Origin: an uncultured Eubacteriales bacterium
Lineage (GTDB): Bacteria > Bacillota > Clostridia > Oscillospirales > Acutalibacteraceae
Direction of reading: 5' to 3'
Assembly (NCBI GenBank): GCA_934466515.1
Contig: CAKSLH010000003.1
Location: 228,472-292,471 of the forward strand
DNA: 64,000 nt
In this document: positions 1-9,694 of the stretch, in pieces
Numbering within the stretch: the first letter of the stretch is position 1
Layout of the letters: each line of letters begins with the position of its first letter
The notes under the pieces: generated by a model
Database searches by the model: none
Seen by the model: the letters and a program-made list of their open reading frames with translations, nothing else
What the model was told of the DNA's origin: nothing
Translations under genes and position numbers: made by a program

Positions 1-627
1 GAGCAGGAGATTTTAAAGGTGTTAAAGCACTTCACGGGCGCAATAAAACAAACTCCGCCCATGTTCAGCGCCCTCAAAAAAAACGGCGTTCCGCTTTATA
101 AGCTCGCAAGACAGGGGAAAAGTCTGGAGCTTGAAAAAAGAGATATTTTTATCCATTATATAAAGCTTTTAAAATTCGACGAAACGAATAAAGAATGCCT
201 TGCAGAAGTTAAAGCGTCAAAGGGCACTTATATCAGATCGCTTGCAAATGATATCGGAGAGTTTTTAGGCTGCGGCGCGGTTTTAAAGGAACTCAGAAGA
301 ACCTGCGTTACAGGCTTCGATATATCAGAGTGCGTTCCACTTGAATCTTTAAATGAAAGTAATATAAACGGTTATATTTTAAAGCCCGATTTTGCAGTTA
401 AATATATGCCTGAAATAAATGTAACCTTTAAGCAGGCAGTCCGCTTTTCAAACGGCGGCGCTCTTGATATTAAAAGACTTAAAATTTCAGAGCCTGAGGA
501 CGGGGAGCTCTTCCGCGTAAGCTTTGAGGGCGATTTTTTGGGCGTGGGGGTCTATAACCGAGAAAACGGTGAAGTAGCCGTTAAATGTGTTATAAAATCT
601 TTGAGAGAAGGAAGCGTGCAGAGTTGA
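1..627 (+). CDS. truB: tRNA pseudouridine(55) synthase TruB, C-terminal part (5' end outside window)
   Basis: Frame 1 is open from base 1. The translated motifs (KQTPPMFSALK, PUA-like C-terminus) match TruB, and the gene lies immediately upstream of ribF as in the conserved truB-ribF arrangement. Confidence 0.85.
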   Translation, partial: EQEILKVLKHFTGAIKQTPPMFSALKKNGVPLYKLARQGKSLELEKRDIFIHYIKLLKFDETNKECLAEVKASKGTYIRSLANDIGEFLGCGAVLKELRRTCVTGFDISECVPLESLNESNINGYILKPDFAVKYMPEINVTFKQAVRFSNGGALDIKRLKISEPEDGELFRVSFEGDFLGVGVYNRENGEVAVKCVIKSLREGSVQS

Positions 628-1463
628 AAAAAGCTGTTGTGTTAGGCACCTTTGACGGGGTCCATAACGGACACCGCGCGGTAATTTCCTCTGTAAAGGG
701 CTGTTTTGTTACAGCTGTGACCTTTTTATATCCCCCTAAAATGTATTTTGATAAAAGTGTAAAAGCCTTGTATGAGCCCGAAACAAAGGCAGAGGCTTTA
801 AAAAGCCTCGGGGTCGGGAGGATTGACACGCTTGATTTTTTAAGGGTTAAGGATATTTCGCCGATTGATTTTTTAAATGAAATAAAGGAAAAATATCAGC
901 CGGATATCATTGCCTGCGGATTTAATTTCAGATTCGGCAAAAACGCACTCGGAAATACCGAGCTTTTAAAATCCTTCTGTGATTTGAATAATATTGAGCT
1001 TAAAATTTCAAATCCCGTTTCCGTCGGCGGAAGGGTTATTTCCTCTTCCGAGATAAGATCGCTTATAGCAAAAGGAGAAATTGAAAGGGCAAATAAGCTT
1101 ATGCTGTTCCCCTTTTCTTTTAAGACACCGGTCATTAAAGGAAATGAGCTCGGCAGAACGCTTGGTTTTCCTACGGCAAATCAGGTTTACCCCGAAAATA
1201 CCGTTAAACCGCGTTTCGGAGTGTATGAGGTTCAGGCGATAGTTGATAATAAAAGCTTTAAGGGAATTTCCGATATCGGCGTCAAGCCGACGGTAGGCTC
1301 CGATAAGATTCAGTGCGAAACCTATATTTTGGATTTTTCGGAAAATCTTTATTCAAAGGATTTAAAAATCGTTTTAAAATCGTTTATAAGACCCGAAATG
1401 AAATTTTCGGGTGTTGAAGAGCTTAAAAATCAAATTAAAAAAGATGTTGAAAAAATAAATTGA
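585..1463 (+). CDS. ribF: bifunctional riboflavin kinase / FMN adenylyltransferase
   Basis: VLGTFDGVHNGHRAV nucleotidyltransferase motif plus a C-terminal riboflavin kinase domain. Start is uncertain: ATG 585 or in-frame TTG 624 preceded by agaagga. The gene overlaps the truB 3' end. Confidence 0.85.
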   Translation: MCYKIFERRKRAELKKAVVLGTFDGVHNGHRAVISSVKGCFVTAVTFLYPPKMYFDKSVKALYEPETKAEALKSLGVGRIDTLDFLRVKDISPIDFLNEIKEKYQPDIIACGFNFRFGKNALGNTELLKSFCDLNNIELKISNPVSVGGRVISSSEIRSLIAKGEIERANKLMLFPFSFKTPVIKGNELGRTLGFPTANQVYPENTVKPRFGVYEVQAIVDNKSFKGISDIGVKPTVGSDKIQCETYILDFSENLYSKDLKIVLKSFIRPEMKFSGVEELKNQIKKDVEKIN

Positions 1464-1515
1464 CTTTTACACATAATAATTATAAAATATTTATTATAGG
1501 GAAGAGGTGCTTTTA

Positions 1516-2238
1516 ATGAAATTAAAATTCAAATCGGTTTTGGCTGTTATACTGTCGGCTTTATTGCTGCTTTCCTTTGCTGCTTGCAGCCCTATTGACA
1601 ATAATTACGGGGTCGAAAGCTCAAAACCAGAATCCGCCGAAAAAACCGCTTCCATTCCCGAAATTAAATCTACCGATGTCGTAATGTCAAATTATTTTGA
1701 TATAAGTAAGTATGATGAAGAAAATTATGCCGATATTTATCTCGGTAAGAAATTTTCTTATAAAATCACCTATTCCGGCAGCGAGCTTACCCTGCCTTTT
1801 AGCTTTAAGGAGCTTGAAAAGAAGGGCTTTAAGCTGTCAGAAGGCTATGATGAAAACGATACGGTGTTCGCCGGAGAAATGAGCGAGGTTATTTTTGAAA
1901 ATGAATACGGAAATATTTTAAACGCCGTGTTTTATAATTCGGGAAAATCCTCTCAGAAATTAAAAAAGTGCGATATTGTGGAATTTTCCGTTCCCGAGAA
2001 TTCACTTCTTGTCAAGGAGTCTAAATACGGACAGTTCTGGATAAATGGCATTACTAACGGAAGCGCTATAACGGATATTACGGATTATATCGGCGCGCCC
2101 TCGCATTTTTACTCTGCCGACGGTAATATTTACTGTCTCGATTTCTTTATGGGAAAAGACGATAAGCGCAGTAAAATGTCGATAACGGTTGATGTTGCAA
2201 ATGATAATGTTATTTCCGTTAAGGTTTCAAAATTTTAA
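1516..2238 (+). CDS. hypothetical lipoprotein
   Basis: Signal peptide with lipobox LLLLSFAAC|S. ATG 1516 is preceded by ggaagagg, and an intrinsic terminator follows. Confidence 0.6.
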   Translation: MKLKFKSVLAVILSALLLLSFAACSPIDNNYGVESSKPESAEKTASIPEIKSTDVVMSNYFDISKYDEENYADIYLGKKFSYKITYSGSELTLPFSFKELEKKGFKLSEGYDENDTVFAGEMSEVIFENEYGNILNAVFYNSGKSSQKLKKCDIVEFSVPENSLLVKESKYGQFWINGITNGSAITDITDYIGAPSHFYSADGNIYCLDFFMGKDDKRSKMSITVDVANDNVISVKVSKF

Positions 2239-2264
2239 ACCTGCGTTAAAACGCAGGTTTTTTA
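2237..2264 (+). terminator. rho-independent terminator
   Basis: Hairpin acctgcg-ttaaa-acgcaggt followed by a T-run. Confidence 0.7.
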
Positions 2265-2293
2265 ATAATTATATTTTTTGAAAGGAAAGTTAA

Positions 2294-3493
2294 ATGAACG
2301 GTAAAATTTGTTTTTCTTCTGCAGATATTCTTATTCCGAAAGAAAATTTAGAAAAATGGTCTGTTATCGCGTGCGACCAGTATACCTCCGAGCCTGAATA
2401 TTGGGAAAAGGCAAAAAAAGAGGCAGGAGAGGGTCCGTCTGCATTAAAATGTATTCTTCCCGAGGTTTATCTTTCGGATAATCCCGAAAAAAGAATTGAA
2501 AATGCCGATAAAGAAATGAATTCGTATCTTGAAAGCGGAGTTTTCGAAGAGTATAAGGATAGTCTTGTTTTTGTAAAAAGAAAGCAGAGCGACGGAAGAA
2601 TTCGTAAAGGAATTGTCGGCAAAATCGACCTTACATGCTATGATTTTTCAAAACAGAATAATGCCGAAGTCCGCGCGACAGAGGAAACAGTTCTTTCAAG
2701 AATTCCGCCGAGAGTTAAAATAAGGGAAAACGCTCCTCTTGAAATGCCGCATGTTATGCTCCTGTTTGATGACCCCGAGGATAAAATTTTTGGCAAGCTT
2801 GAAAAGAGTTCGGCTGAGCTTAAAAAGCTTTATGATTTTGATTTAATGCTCGGCGGCGGCAGTATCAGCGGCTATTCGGTTGATAACGCAAATAAGGAAT
2901 TTATTTTCGGCGCGCTTGAAGAAATAAAGAGCAAGCATAACGGGCTTTTGTTCTGCGTAGGGGATGGCAACCATTCTTTGGCTACCGCAAAGCGCTGCTA
3001 TGAATTAAATCCGAATGAGCTTAACAAATTTGCGCTTGTCGAAATAGTCAATATCCATGATACGGCGCTTGATTTCGAGCCGATTTACAGGGTGCTTTTC
3101 AATGTCAGCCCCGAAAAATTCATAGAAGAATTTTCATCCTTCTGCGAAAGCTCGGGCGGAAATGAGAATAGAGAATATACCTTTGTTTTCGGCGGTAAAA
3201 AAATAACAAAAAGCCTAAAAATAAAGCAAAAGCTTGCCGTTGCCGCGCTTACTGAGTTTATAGACGGATATTTATCTGAGCATACCGATACCGAGGTCGA
3301 TTATATTCACGGAATTTCTTCGGTAGAAAAGCTTTCGGGCGGAGAAAACACGCTCGGCATTTTATTTGACGGAATGAAAAAGAGCGAGCTTTTTGACGCC
3401 GTTTTAAGTGACGGCTCGCTCCCGAGAAAAACATTTTCAATGGGACATGCCGATGATAAGCGCTTTTATCTTGAGGCAAGAAAAATTAAATAA
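2294..3493 (+). CDS. DUF1015 family protein
   Basis: About 400 aa. The N-terminal pattern (ILIPKENLEKWSVIACDQYTSEPEYW) is typical of DUF1015/COG4198. Confidence 0.6.
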   Translation: MNGKICFSSADILIPKENLEKWSVIACDQYTSEPEYWEKAKKEAGEGPSALKCILPEVYLSDNPEKRIENADKEMNSYLESGVFEEYKDSLVFVKRKQSDGRIRKGIVGKIDLTCYDFSKQNNAEVRATEETVLSRIPPRVKIRENAPLEMPHVMLLFDDPEDKIFGKLEKSSAELKKLYDFDLMLGGGSISGYSVDNANKEFIFGALEEIKSKHNGLLFCVGDGNHSLATAKRCYELNPNELNKFALVEIVNIHDTALDFEPIYRVLFNVSPEKFIEEFSSFCESSGGNENREYTFVFGGKKITKSLKIKQKLAVAALTEFIDGYLSEHTDTEVDYIHGISSVEKLSGGENTLGILFDGMKKSELFDAVLSDGSLPRKTFSMGHADDKRFYLEARKIK

Positions 3494-3503
3494 AGCATTA
3501 AAA

Positions 3504-3534
3504 ATCCCGAGGTAAGCATTTACCTCGGTTTTGT
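3504..3534. terminator. bidirectional intrinsic terminator
   Basis: Hairpin cccgaggtaagcatttacctcgg with T-runs on both strands, between convergent genes. Confidence 0.7.
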
Positions 3535-3540
3535 TATAAT

Positions 3541-4455
3541 CTAAAATAAACTTTCCTTTGCATGAATAAGGTCGACAATCAGGGAATGATAAGGGGTTTC
3601 AATTCCGTATTTTTTGCCTAAGCGGACAACCGCTCCGTTTATAAAGTCGATTTCGGTTTTGCGCTTGTTTTCCATATCCTGACACATTGAGGCTTTTCCT
3701 GTTCCTAAAACTTTTGCGGTGGTTATTACCTCGCTGTAAACCTGCTCCGCGTCGAATTTTTCTCCGTCCGCCTCGGCAACCATTGCCGCCTCTTCAATAA
3801 GCTTCTTTGCCGCATTTGAAGCATTTTGTGAATCCGAAATAATGCTTATATTCGCGTCAAGAAGGGAGGTAACGGAATTTATTGTCATGTTGATAAAAAG
3901 CTTTTGCCAAAGAAGCCTTTTAACATCTTCGCAGGCTTCTGTTTCGATATCGCAGGCGTTAAAGACCTCTGCGATTTTTTGTGCCGCTCCGCTGTTTCCT
4001 GCAGGCGAGCCTAAATGAGTTATTCCTGAGCCCGAATGGTAAATTTCGCCTGCGTTTAAGCTTACGCAGTTGTGCTTTGTAGTGCCTAAAAGGATTTGAT
4101 TTTTATGGGCGAATTCTTCCATTATCTCAAAATTTCCGAGTCCGTTCTGCAAGGATAAAAGCAAGGTGTTTTCTTTTATGAGTGAGGAGTTTGATTTTAA
4201 AGCCGCTCTCGTTGCGGTGTCCTTGACAAATACGATTAAAAGCTCCGGCGCCTCTTCAAGCTCTCCGCTGAAGGTAGCTTTAACCTTGTAGGTTTTCTTT
4301 TCCTTGCTGTCAGCCGAGGTCATGGTTATTCCCTTTTCGTTAATCGCTTTAACGGCGGTTTCGCTGACATCAAGCAGTGTAACATCATTATTTTTGCTTA
4401 AAAGGCTTGCGTAAAGACAGCCCATCGCTCCTGCTCCGATAATACCTATTTTCAT
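3541..4455 (-). CDS. panE: 2-dehydropantoate 2-reductase (ketopantoate reductase)
   Basis: MKIGIIGAGAMG Rossmann N-terminus. Length and pattern match ApbA/PanE. Confidence 0.8.
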   Translation of the reverse strand: MKIGIIGAGAMGCLYASLLSKNNDVTLLDVSETAVKAINEKGITMTSADSKEKKTYKVKATFSGELEEAPELLIVFVKDTATRAALKSNSSLIKENTLLLSLQNGLGNFEIMEEFAHKNQILLGTTKHNCVSLNAGEIYHSGSGITHLGSPAGNSGAAQKIAEVFNACDIETEACEDVKRLLWQKLFINMTINSVTSLLDANISIISDSQNASNAAKKLIEEAAMVAEADGEKFDAEQVYSEVITTAKVLGTGKASMCQDMENKRKTEIDFINGAVVRLGKKYGIETPYHSLIVDLIHAKESLF

Positions 4456-4567
4456 AAAATCATTTCGCTTTCTTTTAAAAAATTAAAAGGATGTCCTTAG
4501 AAATCTTCTAAAGACATCCTTGCCTTAAAGCTTATTTATTATACAATCGCTTTTTCGATTTGTCAAG

Positions 4568-6124
4568 CTATTTTGCATAATCTACGGCCCTGTTTTCCCT
4601 GATAAGATTTATCTTTATCTGTCCGGGGTATTCAAGCTCGTTTTCGATTTTTTCGGCAATCTGATGAGCAATTATTACCATCTGATCGTCGCTGATGACC
4701 TCGGGCTTAACAATAATTCTTATCTCTCTTCCTGCCTGAATTGCATAGGAGTCCTCTACTCCGCTGAAGGAATTGGCGATTTCCTCAAGCTTTTCAAGTC
4801 TCTTGATGTAATTTTCAATGTTTTCTCTTCTTGCTCCCGGTCGTGCCGCAGAAATTGCGTCAGCCGCCTGAACAATGCAGGCGATAACGGTTTTTGCTTC
4901 GACATCGCCGTGGTGAGCGTGAATGGCATGAATAACAGCTTCGCTTTCGCGGTATTTCTTTGCCGCCTCAACACCGAGCTGAATGTGCGAGCCCTCCTGC
5001 TCATGGTCGATAGCTTTTCCGATATCATGTAAAAGTCCCGCGCGCTTTGCAAGAGTAACATCTGCTCCGAGCTCTGCTGCGATAAGTCCGGAAAGGTGGC
5101 AGACCTCAAGCGAGTGGTTTAAAACATTCTGTCCGTAGCTTGTGCGGAAATGCAGACGGCCTAAAAGCTTGATAAGCTCAGGGTGAAGATTTTGAACACC
5201 CGATTCTATCATCGCGCGCTCGCCCTCCTGCTTAATTATTGCGTCAACCTCGGCGGTAGCCTTTGCAACGGTTTCCTCAATTCTTGCAGGATGAATTCTT
5301 CCGTCAATAACAAGCTTTTCAAGCGTTCTTCTCGCGATTTCTCTTCTTATAGGCTCAAAGCTTGAAACGGTTATCGCTTCGGGTGTATCGTCAATAATTA
5401 AATCAACGCCCGTTGCGTTTTCAATAGCTCTTATGTTTCTGCCCTCTCGGCCGATGATTCTTCCCTTCATTTCGTCATTGGGAAGCGGAACTACCGAAAC
5501 GGTCATTTCCGAAGAATGGTCGGCCGCACAGCGCTGAATTGCTCTGCCGATGATTTCCTTTGCAATCTCGTCAGCCTCATCCTTAGTGCGCTGCTCGTAA
5601 TCCATTATCTTGACGGCTTTTTCGTGAGTAAGCTCTCCGTCAAGCGCGTTTAAAAGCTCAGCTTTCGCCTGATCCTTTGAAAAGCCCGATATTTTTTCGA
5701 GCATGTCAAGCTGACTGCGCTTTATTTGCTCGCATTCCGCCATTCTTTCGTCAATTTCCTTGGAACGGGCGGCAAGCTTTTCTTCCTTGATTTCGATGTT
5801 GTCAGTCTTTCTGTCAAGGGTTTCTTCCTTTTGCTGGAGCCTGTGCTCCTGACGCTGAATTTCACTTCTGCGCTCGCGAAGCTCTTTTTCAGTGTCCTGT
5901 CTTAACTGGTGAATTTCTTCCTTTGCTTCAAGAAGAGTTTCTTTTTTCTTGGTTTCTGCAACACGCATTGCGTCGTTTAAAATGCGCTTTGCTTCGTCTT
6001 CAGCTGAACCGATAGCCTTTTCGGCGGATTTTCGGCGGTGAATTGAGCCTAAAACAAACCCTATTACCGCAAGAACCAGACCGACAGCTACTGGAATTAC
6101 AATCCGAATAACTTCTGAGTCCAT
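4568..6124 (-). CDS. rny: ribonuclease Y
   Basis: N-terminal TM helix, coiled coil, KH domain ([15 protein letters not shown]) and HD domain (LLHDIGKA). 518 aa. Confidence 0.92.
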   Translation of the reverse strand: MDSEVIRIVIPVAVGLVLAVIGFVLGSIHRRKSAEKAIGSAEDEAKRILNDAMRVAETKKKETLLEAKEEIHQLRQDTEKELRERRSEIQRQEHRLQQKEETLDRKTDNIEIKEEKLAARSKEIDERMAECEQIKRSQLDMLEKISGFSKDQAKAELLNALDGELTHEKAVKIMDYEQRTKDEADEIAKEIIGRAIQRCAADHSSEMTVSVVPLPNDEMKGRIIGREGRNIRAIENATGVDLIIDDTPEAITVSSFEPIRREIARRTLEKLVIDGRIHPARIEETVAKATAEVDAIIKQEGERAMIESGVQNLHPELIKLLGRLHFRTSYGQNVLNHSLEVCHLSGLIAAELGADVTLAKRAGLLHDIGKAIDHEQEGSHIQLGVEAAKKYRESEAVIHAIHAHHGDVEAKTVIACIVQAADAISAARPGARRENIENYIKRLEKLEEIANSFSGVEDSYAIQAGREIRIIVKPEVISDDQMVIIAHQIAEKIENELEYPGQIKINLIRENRAVDYAK

Positions 6125-6310
6125 TAAATATTAACCTCCAATATAAAAAACGGGTATTTACCGGCTTTTTAGAACTATCTGACCGGACGGTGACCGTATT
6201 TTCCACCGGATAAAAATTTTAACAGTGTGATATAAAGCTCGCCATAGCTTTTAACACATAGTAGAATTTACCAATCTAATTTTATCATTTTATAGGCTTA
6301 CTGTCAAGTC

Positions 6311-7342
6311 TCATACAAAATAAAAGCATGTGTCCCATGCGGGAAGGCTTTTAAAATGTCTCATAAAAATTTTATATTTTCCGTTTATATTTAAAACCTT
6401 TTCGGGCAAAGTGAAAAGATCCTCGCTTCGATGGTAGCAGGAAATTGCCATTTTCGGCTTGTTTTCGGTTATAACCTCTTTGGCACCGTCAAGCATTTTA
6501 AGCTCGGCTCCCTCAATGTCTGCTTTGATAAAGGTTGCGCTTTTGCAAATGCTGTCAACCTTGACCGATTTTATCTCATAGTTTCCTTTTCCCGCGCTTG
6601 AACCGCGCGACGAGGTCATGTCAAAGCTTACCTCCTCGCATTTGTCAAGCACGCAGGCATTGATTAAGGCTGTTTTTTCTAAAGCTTTCGCATAATTTTC
6701 GAGCTTTTTGAAATTTTTAATATCCGGCTCAACAGCGGTTATCGAGGAATAGCCGTTGACTCGGCTTAAAAAATCGCTTACGGTGTCTCCGCGGTAAGCG
6801 CCTAAATCCAAGTAATTTTCACTTTCAGAGAGCGTAAAAAAGCTTTCATAAGGCTCGTCCTGATTTACCTCGCAGTCAAAAAGATAATCTATATCTCCCG
6901 TGATTTTGTAAAGAACGGTGTTTTTGAAGGTTTTCTTTGAAATTTCATCGGCAAGCATACCGTAAACCCATTCTAACCGTTCTCGGTTTTTTAACGCAAA
7001 TTCCATATCAAACAGGTTTTTTCCGTAAACAGGCACATCGGGCGCATAAAGCTCATGCTTTGATTTTATTTTTTTAATGTTTGCTATAACCTCGTCCCTT
7101 GCCGAGCCGAAGCATAATAAAACCGTAAAATCCTTGTATTTATCTTCAAAATATTTCAGATTTTCAATGTGAAAGCCGCGGAAAACCTTGTCCCTTACAA
7201 ATTCGTCGCTTGCAAAAATTCCGTCTGCTTTAATGCCCTTAGACTCCATGATGTTTAGTATTTTATCGGCACCGTTTCCCATGCCGTAAAGAATTATCGG
7301 CTTGTCCGAGGCGCTAAGCCTTGACCATAAATCTTTTATCAT
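6311..7342 (-). CDS. FkbM family methyltransferase
   Basis: C-terminal FkbM-type SAM methyltransferase domain (LDLGAYRGDTVSDFL). Confidence 0.6.
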   Translation of the reverse strand: MIKDLWSRLSASDKPIILYGMGNGADKILNIMESKGIKADGIFASDEFVRDKVFRGFHIENLKYFEDKYKDFTVLLCFGSARDEVIANIKKIKSKHELYAPDVPVYGKNLFDMEFALKNRERLEWVYGMLADEISKKTFKNTVLYKITGDIDYLFDCEVNQDEPYESFFTLSESENYLDLGAYRGDTVSDFLSRVNGYSSITAVEPDIKNFKKLENYAKALEKTALINACVLDKCEEVSFDMTSSRGSSAGKGNYEIKSVKVDSICKSATFIKADIEGAELKMLDGAKEVITENKPKMAISCYHRSEDLFTLPEKVLNINGKYKIFMRHFKSLPAWDTCFYFV

Positions 7343-7463
7343 ATTTTTCTCCCGTATTATAAATATGTTTCATTTTACCATAATTTTTGATATTTTGATA
7401 GACAAAATATTTTAAATCTGTTATTATATAATAGATGTTAAATATTTAAAGGAGCTTTATCTT

Positions 7464-8927
7464 ATGAAAAAGGTTTTATCTTTTGATTTCGGCGCTTCTA
7501 GCGGAAGAGCAATGCTTGCAAGCTTTGAAAACGGTAAGATTGAAATGACGGAAATCCACCGCTTTTCAAATGACCCCGTTACGGTTAACGGCAGAATGTA
7601 TTGGGATGTTTTAAGACTTTTCTTTGAAATTAAAACAGGTATAACAAAGGCTGTAAATGCCGGCGGCTTTGACGCTATCGGTATCGACACTTGGGGCGTT
7701 GATTTCGGTCTTATAAATAAAAAAGGCGAGCTTATCGGAAACCCCTTCCATTACAGGGATCAGAGAACAAAGGAAATACCCGAAAGGATTTTTAATGAAA
7801 TAATTTCAAAAGAGGAGCTTTATCACCGCGCAGGAATGCAGTTTATGCATTTTAATACAATTTATCAGCTTATGTATCTTAAATATAATGAACCCGAGCT
7901 TTTAGCTCAGGCGGATAAATTTTTAATGATGCCCGACCTTTTTGCCTATTTCTTAACAGGTGAAATGAAAGAGGAGGCAAGCATTGCTTCCACCTCAAAT
8001 CTTTTGAATCCTAATACGAAGGACTGGGATTTCGAGCTTATCGAAAAATTGGGGCTTGATAAAAAGCTTTTTGCCCCGATAGTTAAATCCGGCAGTGTTT
8101 ACGGTTATTTAAGCGACGGTATCTGCGCCGAGCTTGGCTGTAAAAAGGTTCCCGTAGTTGCGGTCTGCTCTCATGATACCGCCTCTGCCGTTGCCGCAAC
8201 GCCGGCTTCAACCGATGATTTCGTTTATATCAGCTGCGGAACATGGAGCCTTTTCGGAATTGAAAGCAAAATTCCTTTCCTTTCTGACGAGGCTTATAAG
8301 GCAGACTTCACAAACGAGGGCGGATTTGACGGAACAATAAGATTTCTTAAAAATATTATGGGTCTTTGGCTTATTCAGGAGTCGCGCAGACAGTGGAGAA
8401 GAGAGGGAACAGAGGTCGGATTTGATACGCTTGAAAAGGAAGCTCTTGCAAGCGAGCCCTTTAAATGCTTTATAAATGTTGACGACCCGATGTTTGAAAC
8501 CGCGGGAAATCTTCCGAAAAGAGTTTTGGAATTCTGCGAAAAAACAGGTCAGTATGTTCCGAAAAACCGCGGCGAGATCATGCGCTGTATTTATCAGAGC
8601 CTTGCTATGAAATATAAGCATACATATAATATGCTTTCTGATTTCACTAAGCGTGATTATAAATCAATCAATATTCTCGGCGGAGGAATTAAGGATAAGC
8701 TTCTTTGCCGCCTTACTGCTGACGCAACGGGAGCAACCGTTCTTGCAGGACCTACCGAGGCGACCGTTATGGGCAATATTGCCGTCGCATTTTATGCTCT
8801 CGGCGAGATTGCGGACTTTAAGGAGATAAGAAAAACCGTTGCAAATTCTACCGACCTTAAAGAGTATATACCCGAAAATACCGACGAGTGGAATAAGGCT
8901 TACGAGGACTATAAAAAAATCCTTTGA
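7464..8927 (+). CDS. rhaB: rhamnulokinase-like FGGY carbohydrate kinase
   Basis: N-terminus VLSFDFGASSGRAMLA and overall FGGY architecture resemble RhaB. No rhaA or rhaD is adjacent. Confidence 0.7.
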   Translation: MKKVLSFDFGASSGRAMLASFENGKIEMTEIHRFSNDPVTVNGRMYWDVLRLFFEIKTGITKAVNAGGFDAIGIDTWGVDFGLINKKGELIGNPFHYRDQRTKEIPERIFNEIISKEELYHRAGMQFMHFNTIYQLMYLKYNEPELLAQADKFLMMPDLFAYFLTGEMKEEASIASTSNLLNPNTKDWDFELIEKLGLDKKLFAPIVKSGSVYGYLSDGICAELGCKKVPVVAVCSHDTASAVAATPASTDDFVYISCGTWSLFGIESKIPFLSDEAYKADFTNEGGFDGTIRFLKNIMGLWLIQESRRQWRREGTEVGFDTLEKEALASEPFKCFINVDDPMFETAGNLPKRVLEFCEKTGQYVPKNRGEIMRCIYQSLAMKYKHTYNMLSDFTKRDYKSINILGGGIKDKLLCRLTADATGATVLAGPTEATVMGNIAVAFYALGEIADFKEIRKTVANSTDLKEYIPENTDEWNKAYEDYKKIL

Positions 8928-8945
8928 AAAAATTAAAAGTTTTTA

Positions 8946-8974
8946 TTGACAATATCATTTCACAATGATATAAT
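8946..8974 (+). promoter_or_regulatory. sigma-A consensus promoter for tRNA-Leu
   Basis: TTGACA - 17 nt - TATAAT, perfect consensus, about 30 nt upstream of the tRNA. Confidence 0.75.
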
Positions 8975-9006
8975 AATCAAGCGCGATATTTAAAGCGCTT
9001 GAAAAT

Positions 9007-9090
9007 GCGAGTGTGCTGGAATAGGCAGACAGGCACGTTTGAGGGGCGTGTGTCTTCGACGTATGGGTTCAAGTCCCATCACTCGCACCA
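9007..9090 (+). tRNA. tRNA-Leu (anticodon GAG)
   Basis: Seven-bp acceptor stem GCGAGTG/CACTCGC with encoded CCA, long variable arm, anticodon loop TTGAGGG. Confidence 0.85.
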
Positions 9091-9093
9091 AAA

Positions 9094-9136
9094 ATCGGTA
9101 AGCATTGAAAAATGCTTGCCGATTTTTACTTTTTTG
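9094..9136 (+). terminator. intrinsic terminator after tRNA-Leu
   Basis: Hairpin atcggtaagcat-tgaaaa-atgcttgccgat followed by a T-run. Confidence 0.7.
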
Positions 9137-9339
9137 CTATTATAATTTTAATATCGCGTAAAACTCGTTTTAAAAACGGAAATTACACAATAGGTTTATT
9201 AAATGAATATGGACAAAGAATAAGCATTAGGGTTGAGCTGCAGCGAAAAAACGGTGATGGTACCGTCTCTTTTATTACAGGTTGGATGGTAAATCCCAAC
9301 GGACTAATACAATTAAATACACCGTTTGGAGGAAAATAA
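9112..9339 (+). pseudogene. orphan C-terminal fragment of a toxin-like protein (possible polymorphic-toxin remnant)
   Basis: The only ATG lies inside the upstream terminator and there is no RBS. The segment is AT-rich relative to its flanks and overlaps the DUF4926 gene start by 4 nt. Confidence 0.35.
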
Positions 9340-9340
9340 T

Positions 9341-9589
9341 ATGAAATATCTTGACTGTGTCGAAGTTATTGTTGAAAAAGAAAAATATGCAAAACATGGA
9401 GTACACAGGGGTATGCAGGGCGTTATTTGGTTAGAAGAATCAATTGACGGAACTTGGGATGTTTTTTTCGACTTATTAGGTGAGCATGCTCCAATTGGTG
9501 ATATCGCCGTTAAAGAGGAAGATTTGAAACCTATTCCTAAAATTAATGTGAGAGTTAACGAACAAATAAAAGCTGAATTCGGTGATTAA
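9341..9589 (+). CDS. DUF4926 domain protein (candidate immunity/antitoxin-like small protein)
   Basis: 82 aa. Strong RBS ggagg before ATG 9341. The pattern MKYLDCVEVIVEKEK...WDVFFD resembles the DUF4926 family. Confidence 0.5.
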   Translation: MKYLDCVEVIVEKEKYAKHGVHRGMQGVIWLEESIDGTWDVFFDLLGEHAPIGDIAVKEEDLKPIPKINVRVNEQIKAEFGD

Positions 9590-9694
9590 AATTTTGCGTA
9601 GTTAAGCTTATGTTCTACAATTCAATGGGAGCAGAAGCTAATTATCCCTTGCTTTTATTAATAAAATATTATATACTTTAAAAAGGTGAAGCAA

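Noticed and set aside
4664-5109. ORFs 4664-5032 (+) and 4756-5109 (-) inside the rny gene
   Set aside because: They overlap a well-supported RNase Y reading frame on the same or opposite strand, have low-complexity translations, and lack RBS. They are spurious frame artefacts.
9112-9339. Calling 9112-9339 a functional CDS
   Set aside because: Its only ATG lies within the tRNA terminator hairpin with no RBS. It is more likely a 5'-truncated remnant.
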